Positions 49,544-57,198 of a stretch of 64,000 nt of DNA are shown here, piece by piece (positions within the stretch are counted from its first letter, which is position 1; the number at the start of each line of letters is the position of its first letter). Both the position numbers and the translations under genes were made by a program. The DNA is from an uncultured delta proteobacterium. Lineage in GTDB: Bacteria; Myxococcota_A; Polyangia; Fen-1088. The notes beneath the pieces were generated by a model. The model did not search any database, was not told the DNA's origin, and saw only the letters and a program-made list of their open reading frames with translations. Location: NCBI GenBank assembly GCA_963737265.1, contig CAVTRY010000013.1, positions 160,001 through 224,000 of the forward strand, in the 5' to 3' direction.

Positions 49544-51133
49544 ATGATCACGAAGTTTCTTGATATTGAGACGACGTCAGACCACGATCGCTTCCAAGCG
49601 TGGCGGACCGAGCATCAGGACGGTGCCGTCCTGATGCTCGAACGCGGATCGAGCGCGAGGCTTCACGGTGTTCGGTGCACCCATTTCGGTAGCGGTCCGC
49701 CATACTTTTCCTCCACCGACGGATTTGGGTCTCTGACGTCCAAGCCAAAGGTGTGTGGCTTGGAATCCGAGCTCATTGAGTGGGCTGCCCAGAACGGTAT
49801 CGTTCTCAATGGCTGCCAACACTGCATCCGCGACGGACTGATAGGAGCGCTTGAGGACGAGCCAGAATTGGAGCAGCAGGTTTCCGAGGCGGAAACGGTT
49901 CTGGTGCGACTACTTCCGGATGCAAAGGATCGTTCACTCGTCCTGAAGCGCCTTCTGGACTCCGCCACAATGGCGGACACAACAGCACCGAACGCGTGGG
50001 GCGTTACGATGTTCTCCGACGGGTTTCGTCTCAACGTGGGCCAAGTCGAAGTCCTGGTCCTCGGCGAACAAACCCTCCGGGTGAACCTCCTCACGGATCT
50101 CGGCGTGCCCCCCGCCGTTGGGCCTTGTTTTGCGGCAACGGCGTATCAATCGATGCCCGAATCCCAATGTGCATTTGTGGGCACCGTCCAGGAATATGCC
50201 GGGATGGAAGCCGCGATAGCTGCTGCTCACGAAGCATTCGTAAGGCGCGCCGCCTCGACGCAGTCGGGCGAGGCACGTGCGGGAACCCCTTTCCGTCGAA
50301 GGCATGAGGGCATCCTGAAGCTCGCCCGCAGAACTCTTGGGCTGGCCGAGGACGGTGCGACCACTCGAAATGATTACGTCGCGTACCATAGCGTGGCCGT
50401 GATGGGTTACCCGTTCGTGCCGAACGACGACGGCAGAATCACGTTCCTGACCACCAAATCGGAAGGGGTCGTGCGCCGAGTCCTGGGCAATACCGTTTGG
50501 GTAATCTCAGGCGAGCGTACAGCGGCCAAGACTCGCTATCAGCTCCATGGCAGGTTTCGACCAGACGATCTGGCTCGGGGACAAGACGCATGGAAAATAT
50601 CGGGGCCGGGCGTGTCCCTCCCGGATCCCGTTGATGTGACCGACGAGCCTTGGTTTCGTGAGCTCCTCGACGAGCAGGCCAACTTCAGCCTTGGACTGAA
50701 TCGGATCCGCTCATTGAGTATCCTCTCGGCGCTTGACTCGATGTTTGGTAAATCTTTGGGCTTTCCCGAGGAAAGGTTGCCAGACGAGGTCCCTGAAGGC
50801 ACGTATCGAGAGGGACAAGGGGTGCAGATTACAGTCAACCGGTACGAGCGCGACGCATCCGCTCGCGCGGCCTGCCTCAGGCACTTTGGGCCAGTTTGCC
50901 AAATATGCAGAGTCGATCTGTCCACCATCTACGGACCAATCGCCGCTGGACTTGTTCACGTCCATCATCTGCTACCACTTTCCCAAGTTGAGGAGCAGCA
51001 TGAAGTCCGGCCTGACCACGATTTGATTCCCGTTTGTCCCAATTGCCATGCCGTGGTTCATCGTCGCGATCCGCCCGTGACGCCAGATGAGCTGCGCGAA
51101 ATGATGGCGCAGACCGGGGCGAGTAGACCGTGA
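49544..51133 (+). CDS. Multidomain HNH endonuclease (McrA-like; candidate modification-dependent restriction), cassette 1
   Basis: C-terminal 'YREG...VNRYERD..AR..CL......CQIC...VHH..PLS...DLIPVCPNCHAVVH'. Confidence 0.85.
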   Translation: MITKFLDIETTSDHDRFQAWRTEHQDGAVLMLERGSSARLHGVRCTHFGSGPPYFSSTDGFGSLTSKPKVCGLESELIEWAAQNGIVLNGCQHCIRDGLIGALEDEPELEQQVSEAETVLVRLLPDAKDRSLVLKRLLDSATMADTTAPNAWGVTMFSDGFRLNVGQVEVLVLGEQTLRVNLLTDLGVPPAVGPCFAATAYQSMPESQCAFVGTVQEYAGMEAAIAAAHEAFVRRAASTQSGEARAGTPFRRRHEGILKLARRTLGLAEDGATTRNDYVAYHSVAVMGYPFVPNDDGRITFLTTKSEGVVRRVLGNTVWVISGERTAAKTRYQLHGRFRPDDLARGQDAWKISGPGVSLPDPVDVTDEPWFRELLDEQANFSLGLNRIRSLSILSALDSMFGKSLGFPEERLPDEVPEGTYREGQGVQITVNRYERDASARAACLRHFGPVCQICRVDLSTIYGPIAAGLVHVHHLLPLSQVEEQHEVRPDHDLIPVCPNCHAVVHRRDPPVTPDELREMMAQTGASRP

Positions 51134-51140
51134 GAGCGCC

Positions 51141-51308
51141 GTCGAACAAGCCGTTGCAGCTGACAAGGGCCGGTCAACTCTCGGTCGGCGGTCAACGAGC
51201 CGGGGCCGCGCGGCTCACAACTGAACGGTCGGCCGCCGCGCGGCCCCGGCAGTGCTACTATCGACCATCCCCTACCGGCCCTTGCAGCTGAACGGCAAGG
51301 CGTTCGGC
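51141..51308 (+). other. attC site 1 (168 bp)
   Basis: R'' GTCGAAC, L'' GTTGCAGC, long imperfect palindrome, L' GCTGAAC, R' GTTCGGC. Confidence 0.9.
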
Positions 51309-51356
51309 GGACGATCGCAAATTGCGGGGCAGGTACGTCGGTAGTAATGTTCTCGA

Positions 51357-51773
51357 ATGGGAAAGAAGGACAAGACTACTGCCGCGCTCCTGGCGATACT
51401 TCTTGGAGGGCTTGGGATTCACAAGTTCTATCTGGGACGCACTCTGCTCGGCGTGGTGTACTTGGTTTTCTGCTGGACATTCATCCCCGCAGTCATCGGA
51501 CTCATTGAGGGAATCATTTTGCTCAGCATGAGCAAGAAGAACTTCGACCTTGACTACAATCCACTCTCAGTTGCCGAGCTCCGGCAATTGGCGATGGCCC
51601 AGGCGGCTTCCGCTCCCCAGCACCTCCCGAACTCCGGGTATTCGTTCACCAACCCGGCGATGGGGCGCATCGAGAAGCTCCAGGCACTTCAAGCACTGAG
51701 AGCGTCGGGAGCTCTTTCAGATGTGGAATTCGAGACCGAGAAGAAAAGGCTGTTGGCTTCTGAGGGGCCATAG
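51357..51773 (+). CDS. TM2-domain membrane protein with a C-terminal SHOCT domain, cassette 2
   Basis: 'KDKTTAALLAILLGGLGIHKFYLG' (TM2) and 'LQALRASGALSDVEFETEKKRLL' (SHOCT). Confidence 0.9.
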   Translation: MGKKDKTTAALLAILLGGLGIHKFYLGRTLLGVVYLVFCWTFIPAVIGLIEGIILLSMSKKNFDLDYNPLSVAELRQLAMAQAASAPQHLPNSGYSFTNPAMGRIEKLQALQALRASGALSDVEFETEKKRLLASEGP

Positions 51774-51790
51774 GCGGCTGTGTTTCCGCC

Positions 51791-51864
51791 GCCTAACAAG
51801 TAGGCGTTGAACCCGACCGTCGGCCGCAGACGGCCGCCGGCGGGTTAACGCCAAGGCGTTAGGC
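51791..51864 (+). other. attC site 2 (74 bp)
   Basis: GCCTAAC...GCGTTGAACCCG...CGGGTTAACGC...GTTAGGC. Confidence 0.9.
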
Positions 51865-51874
51865 GGACAGGTTC

Positions 51875-52180
51875 TCAGTGATGAATCTTGGGTCCGCGAC
51901 GTCGACGCGCACCCCACAGCGCTCGGACAAGAACCTCGCCGTGATCGAACGTGTAGTACAGGTGGCAGTCGATCTTTTCGAGATATACGCGACGGAGTCC
52001 AGGTGTTCTCGACTGGCCGTACTTCGATCCAGCAGCAGGAAGGATCTCCAGGATTTGTAGCGCGTGTTCAATCTCGTCTGCAAAAATCGCCTTCTCATCG
52101 CGGTTGGCGAGCCACCATTCCTTCTCCCGCTGGGCGTGGCGCTGGGCGGTCGCGGTGAAGCGAATACGACGTCGGTTCAC
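51875..52180 (-). CDS. RelE/ParE-family toxin, cassette 3 (antisense to the array)
   Basis: 'IRFTATAQRH...P.AGS...LRRVYL......LYY......VLVRALW..RR'. 4-nt overlap with the antitoxin. Confidence 0.85.
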   Translation of the reverse strand: MNRRRIRFTATAQRHAQREKEWWLANRDEKAIFADEIEHALQILEILPAAGSKYGQSRTPGLRRVYLEKIDCHLYYTFDHGEVLVRALWGARRRRGPKIHH

Positions 52181-52401
52181 AACGAGCGTAGATCGCTGAG
52201 CACTTCTTCCGCGTCCACGAGCCGACCAGCAGCTACGTCGAGATCCGAATCGCGAAGCGCTGCGTGAAGCGCGGCGCGGTCGGCACCGTCCAGCCAGTCA
52301 GCCGATACCAACGGCAGCAGTTCGACCTCGGTACCGTCGGGCAGATCGCTCGGCTCATCGAACACCAAACGTCCAGATCGGACCTTCGCCTTTAATGTCA
52401 T
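52177..52401 (-). CDS. Putative antitoxin, cassette 3
   Basis: 74 aa directly upstream of the toxin. 'KAKVRSGRLV....DLPDGTEVEL' and 'DVAAGRLVDAEEVL'. Confidence 0.8.
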   Translation of the reverse strand: MTLKAKVRSGRLVFDEPSDLPDGTEVELLPLVSADWLDGADRAALHAALRDSDLDVAAGRLVDAEEVLSDLRSL

Positions 52402-52427
52402 GAATCAACGGTAGCACTCGGCATGCC

Positions 52428-52501
52428 GCCTAACAAGTAGGTGTTGAAGCGCTCGATCGGCCGCAGACGGCCGCCCGCAGCTTAACGGCAAGGCATTGCC
52501 G
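52428..52501 (+). other. attC site 3 with a degenerate R' box
   Basis: GCCTAAC...GTTGAAGC...GCTTAAC...; R' reads ATTGCCG instead of GTTRRRY. Confidence 0.75.
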
Positions 52502-52648
52502 ACGAGCGGTGATCGCGGCATGAGTTCCAGTCGCATGCTATCTTCCAGGCATGGGTTCCCCCAGCCTGAAGCAGAAGCGTTCGGCGGACGGGATCCCCAA
52601 CGAACGCGTCGTTGCTCTTTTCGAGTGGATCCGGTACTCATCGAACTG

Positions 52649-53389
52649 ATGAGTAGCAGCGAGAAGAGCATTGCGGCCTATGAGAACGAGGCAAGGGTTG
52701 CGTCGTACGACGCAGACATGGAAATCATGCACCCTAATCGCCATCGCATGGCCGAGATCATTGTCGAGGTTCTGAGTGCCTCAGCACGCGAGCCGAAGCT
52801 TGTTGTCGACCTTGGCACCGGAACCGGATTTCTTCTTGAAGGACTGCTCTCGCGATTTCCCGAGCTTCGAGCCATAGCTGTGGACGGAGCCCAGTCGATG
52901 ACCGCTCTGGCCCAGGCTCGGTTGAAGGAGGCCGCAACGCGGGTGGATTTTCGTGTGTGCGACTTTCGTTGCCTTGCTGACGTCTGCTCCGATTTCCGGT
53001 CTGTGGATGCTGTGGTCTCGACATTTGCTCTGCACCATTTGACTGCTGAAGAAAAAGGCACGCTGGCGCGACATGCGTTTTCGATGCTTGCACCTGGCGG
53101 GTGGTTCCTGTGCGGTGACCTCGTGCTCAGCCGCGATCAGCATCTCGAGGCACTGATTCAGCGCATGCGGGTGCGTGGAATAGTTGCCCGCGCTGCCGGG
53201 AAGGATCCGCGCTTTGGCGACGAAATGAAGACGCGCGCTTCTCTTGATCGGATTGAGGAGGAGGATAATGATCAGCCTCAAGATCTCGCGAGTGATTTTT
53301 CGGGAATCAAGGCGGCGGGGTTCCAGCACATCACAGTGCTGTGGCAAGAAACGCGCGAAGTTGTCTTTGGAGGAATGAAATGCGCGTGA
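52649..53389 (+). CDS. Class I SAM-dependent methyltransferase (CmoA-like fold), cassette 4
   Basis: 'VDLGTGTG', 'STFALHHL', 'LAPGGWFL..D'. Confidence 0.88.
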   Translation: MSSSEKSIAAYENEARVASYDADMEIMHPNRHRMAEIIVEVLSASAREPKLVVDLGTGTGFLLEGLLSRFPELRAIAVDGAQSMTALAQARLKEAATRVDFRVCDFRCLADVCSDFRSVDAVVSTFALHHLTAEEKGTLARHAFSMLAPGGWFLCGDLVLSRDQHLEALIQRMRVRGIVARAAGKDPRFGDEMKTRASLDRIEEEDNDQPQDLASDFSGIKAAGFQHITVLWQETREVVFGGMKCA

Positions 53390-53428
53390 TTGATCTGTAT
53401 GGTTCGTCAGATCCTGCTGGAGTCCGCC

Positions 53429-53486
53429 GCCGAACAAGCCGTTGAAGCTGTCGATCGGCCGCGGACGGCCGCCCACCGCTTAACGG
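53429..53486 (+). other. attC site 4, interrupted just after the L' box
   Basis: GCCGAAC-aagcc-GTTGAAGC...GCTTAACGG, followed by intron GTGCG instead of CAAGGCGTT. Confidence 0.85.
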
Positions 53487-53850
53487 GTGCGCCCAGCATG
53501 GGCGTCGTCTTGGGGGTGCAAGTCCCCCGAAAGGAGACCATCCCAATTGAAGCGAACTGCAACTGCGAAAGGGCGACCAATCGTGGGGAGGAAGCCGGGA
53601 GCGAAACCGCGGGCCGATGAACAAAAACCGGATAGAAGGCGGCGCCGAGCGGGGCGAGAAGTCAGCAGAGGTCGTAGTAGCGAAGTCGAAGCCGGCGCGG
53701 CAATTCACCGACACCGGAAGTCTTTGGCGATGCGAAGGACCGAACGAGAAGGAGAGCGAAACGAACATGCATCTCGTGGGCAAACGGCCTCAGATGACCA
53801 GGCAACTGGAGCTGCCGCTAGACGCGCGGGGAGCCGGCGAGCAAAGCTTG
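53487..53850 (+). mobile_element. Truncated group II intron, class C (5' part: DI-DIII and the start of the RT ORF)
   Basis: 5' GTGCGCCCAGCATGGGCG, 'GGTGCAAGTCC', 'GAAGTCAGCAGAGGTCGTAGTA', 'GCGAAGGACCGAAC', then RBS and 'MHLVGKRPQMTRQLELPL'. No RT core and no DV/DVI. The 3' boundary is approximate. Confidence 0.88.
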
Positions 53851-53901
53851 CCGCGAGCCATCGCGGGAAGGGGAAGGTATGGAAACCCGTCCAGGGAATG
53901 T

Positions 53902-55820
53902 CTACAGCCCGAGCTCGGCCAGTGAAATGGGCGGCAGGTATTCACCGACGCGCTTGCGTTTCCACCAGGCGCCGGTCGCGCGCCGCTCAGCGGATTCGGT
54001 GAAGTCGTAGCGGTAGGTCTCGGCGCGGAGGTATCGCGGTGGATGTTCCGGAAATGGATTTCTTGCCAGCAATCCGAGAACTTCCGGCGACCCTTGCAAT
54101 AGGCGAATGCAGAAATTCACGAACCACCGGTTGTTGCGATAGCTGCCGAGCGCCGCGAACCACATTTGCCAATCGAGCCGCGGCTGATGGGGCGCCACCC
54201 ATCCCGGCCGCCGATTCATGTCGCCCGGCTTGTATTTGAATTCGTAGGCAAGCCAGCTCACGCGGTCGTCGCTGCCCTCGACGATGATCTCTCGCCGTTC
54301 GGTGGTCATCACGGCGAACAGGCCATAGCCGCTGACGGTGCGAAACGGCAGCAGCCAGTCGTCGGCGACCTCCAGCGGCGAAAGCCAGCGCGAATCGGCG
54401 CCGAGGCTTTGGCTGATGTGCAAACATGAGATGGGCACGAAGACGACCGCCACGCATAGAGTCGCGGCGCGATGCCACCGACGTGTGTTGGCGGAAGGTA
54501 GCTGGCCAGGTGGCTGGCCGGTGCCGCCGAGAAAACCCGACAGCCGGCGCGGCAGGAGTCTTCGCAGAGCAAAATCATCGAGCAGTAACAGGCAAAGCGC
54601 CAGGGTGAGCAGATTGAAATAGGTGTAGTTGCCGGTGAGGAGAATCAGAAGCTGTAGTCCAACCAGCAGGAAGCAACCGAGCAGCCGGGGCCGGCGGGGC
54701 GCGAAGATGAGAAACGGCACACCCAGCTCGACCGCGAACATGAACGCGCAGCTCGTCTTGTGCCACCACAGCGGCCATTGATTCGCATACCAGGCGAGCC
54801 ACGTCGGCAGCGGCTGGGTTTGATAGTGGAATGAAAGCGCGGTGAGGTTGCGCCAGTTGGGGTCGCCACTCGACAGCTTCACGCAGCCCGAGGAGAATAT
54901 CAATTTGAACAAGAGCAGCCGCAACAACCACAGCGCGAGCCGCGATGGCGGCGTGGTCCGGGAGGATCCTGGCCACAGCTGCCAGGGTGCGAAGAAGATA
55001 GCGAGAAACCCTGTTTCGAGCAGCAAGTTGTCCCACTGGAACCCGAGAAACTCGCGCCCGACGACCGCCAGCGACAGATAGAGCATCCAAAGCAGGACGA
55101 GGCACGGCACGGGCGCAACGCCCACAATCAGGGCAATGGCCAATACCATACCGCACCCGCTGCACATTGCAAATGGAGAAAGGCGTCGGATGAATTGACC
55201 CAGCTCAAAGTCGGTAACAGACGAAAGCGTTCCAAGCCGATCCCTTGCAGGTCGTACTCCTTCGCAACGGCCGCGATGAACCGGTCGACGGGCAGGATGC
55301 CGTCGTGACCCATGAGGCCGCCGACCTGAGTCCACAGCGAAAGGAATGCTAGGAGGTAAATCGCGCCCAACACGCGCAGGAAAAGCCATCGCGCAAGGAT
55401 CTGCGTCGGCTGCTCCACATGTCGGCCCCAAAGCCAGCGCGTCAGCGACGAAAAGAACCCGCGATGGCTCGCGACCACTCGGTACGCCACTTCGGCTGTT
55501 CTCGCGAAGGTCGGCGAGACTTGGTAAGCACGCAGTGGCCAGCGACGGTGGGGCGCGTAGGCCGTCGCGCGGAACACCGCTTCGGCGCCGGAGTAAACCC
55601 AGCCGTCGGCTTCGATAAGCTGCACGGCGATGTCGAATTGCTCGCGGGGAATTTCGGGAAATTGCGTGTGAATGCGCGGATCCTGCGCGGGCAGATAGTC
55701 CACTGCGGCGCCAGTCATTTGCTGCCAGCGCCGAATCCACAACGAACAGAAATCGCAGTCGCCGTCGTACACCATCAGGGGCTTGACGGGCGGCGAGGCG
55801 ACGCGAACACCGCAAGACAT
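53902..55820 (-). pseudogene. DCC1-like thiol-disulfide oxidoreductase fused to a lipase maturation factor (LMF) domain, frameshifted at about 55150
   Basis: 'VYDGDCDFC' (DCC1); LMF motifs 'FQWDNLLLETGF', 'HYQTQPLP', 'PHQPRLDWQMWFAAL'. A 5-bp tandem duplication ATACCATACC (55143-55152) breaks the frame. Confidence 0.85.
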
Positions 55821-55893
55821 GCCTGGAGGCCTAATCAGGCAGTGGACGAAATGCAATCACACAGCCGGATCGCGAGAGCGGCGATTCCATCCC

Positions 55894-57198
55894 TTACTTA
55901 CCCGGAAACGTCCCCGCGGCTCTGCGGAGGGTGAGGTCGGCCACGGCGACGTCGAAGTGAGCTTGGGCGAGCGTCTCCTTGGCCGCGACCAGGCCATCCT
56001 GCGCCTGCAGCAGATCAAGCTGGGCGATATTGCCGGCCTCGTATTGCGTGCGAACGAGATCCAGCGTTTCAACCGCAAGTAGCACGGAGCGCTCGGCCGC
56101 TTCCTGTGCATGTCGCTTGGTCTCGAGCTGACCGTGGTTGTTGGCCAGATCGTCGCGGATGGTGTCGCGCAAGACGTCCGCCCGGGCGTCCGCTTCGCGC
56201 GCCTGGGCGTCGGCAAGGTGGCGCTGGGCATCCCGCACGCCGCCGTCGTAAAGCAGCCAATCGAGCTGCAGGCCGATGGCCCAGGCGTGGCGTTGAATGG
56301 CGAAGTTGTCATAATTAAAGATTCGGGCGCTGCCGAAGGCCGACAAACTCGGCGCCCAGCGCCAGGCCTGCGCGTGTCGCTGGGCCACAGCCGATCGAGA
56401 AACGAGCTCGATCGAGCGGAACTCGGGGCGCAGCTGCAAGGCCGTGCTCAGCTCAGGTATCTCTTTGTCTGAAGGCGGCGTCGCCATCAGCGGCTGCACC
56501 TTGAAACTACCCTCATACTGAATGAGCGTGGACAAGGCGCGATAGGCCTGCTCTTGCCCGAATCGCGCCTCGCGCGCGGCTTGTTCGGCGCGCACCAGCG
56601 CCAGCTCGGCCCGATCCACGTCGACCTTGGTCACGGTACCGGCGGCCAGACGAGTCCGTGCGTTGGTCAGCGTCGCGCGCGCGACGTCAACGTTCGACAG
56701 GCGCGCCGCCATCACCTCGTCCGCGATTGCCGCTGCGTAGAACGCCTGCGCCACCGCGAAAAGAACTGTGGCTTGCGACGTCTCGAAGTCCGCTTCCGAT
56801 GCATGAACGCTGGTCTGCACGGCGTTCACGGCCGGGTACGCCGCCGGCACGATGAGCGGCGCCGTGAAACTTATCGCACCGTCCAGTTGGTTCTTGGGTT
56901 GAATGGTCAGGACCTGTGTCTGGCTAATCGGAAACTCGAACGCGATGTTGTTGCGCGTGTACTTGCCCTGCGCCGCCACCGTCGGAAACAGCGCGGTCCA
57001 AGCCAATTCGAGATTGGCCTGCGCCTGCGCCAGATGGGCGCGCTCGGCGATCAGGGTGCGATTCACTTTGCGGGCCATGGCCAGCGCCTGGTCCAGCGAT
57101 AGCTCGCGCACGGGTTGCTGTGCCTGCGCGGCGAAACCGCCCAAGGCGATCGTGAAGAACACGCTGACGGCGGCGATCCTTGCGCGGGCCAGGCTCAC
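55894..57198 (-). CDS. TolC-family outer-membrane efflux protein
   Basis: 'LSLDQALAMA', two OEP repeats, 'QYEAG....LDLLQAQ'. Confidence 0.92.
   Translation of the reverse strand: MSLARARIAAVSVFFTIALGGFAAQAQQPVRELSLDQALAMARKVNRTLIAERAHLAQAQANLELAWTALFPTVAAQGKYTRNNIAFEFPISQTQVLTIQPKNQLDGAISFTAPLIVPAAYPAVNAVQTSVHASEADFETSQATVLFAVAQAFYAAAIADEVMAARLSNVDVARATLTNARTRLAAGTVTKVDVDRAELALVRAEQAAREARFGQEQAYRALSTLIQYEGSFKVQPLMATPPSDKEIPELSTALQLRPEFRSIELVSRSAVAQRHAQAWRWAPSLSAFGSARIFNYDNFAIQRHAWAIGLQLDWLLYDGGVRDAQRHLADAQAREADARADVLRDTIRDDLANNHGQLETKRHAQEAAERSVLLAVETLDLVRTQYEAGNIAQLDLLQAQDGLVAAKETLAQAHFDVAVADLTLRRAAGTFPGK

Larger units (their letters stand above)
49512..53486 (+). mobile_element. Integron gene-cassette array with no integrase in the window (CALIN), four cassettes
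   Basis: Four co-oriented attC sites separate unrelated ORFs. Each cassette's 5' GTTxxxx core complements its own R'' box. Base composition is less GC-rich than the flanks. Confidence 0.9.

Noticed and set aside
53487-53925. Active retroelement (retron, DGR or intact intron)
   Set aside because: No RT domain (no YADD) and no DV/DVI. Only the 5' ribozyme part remains.
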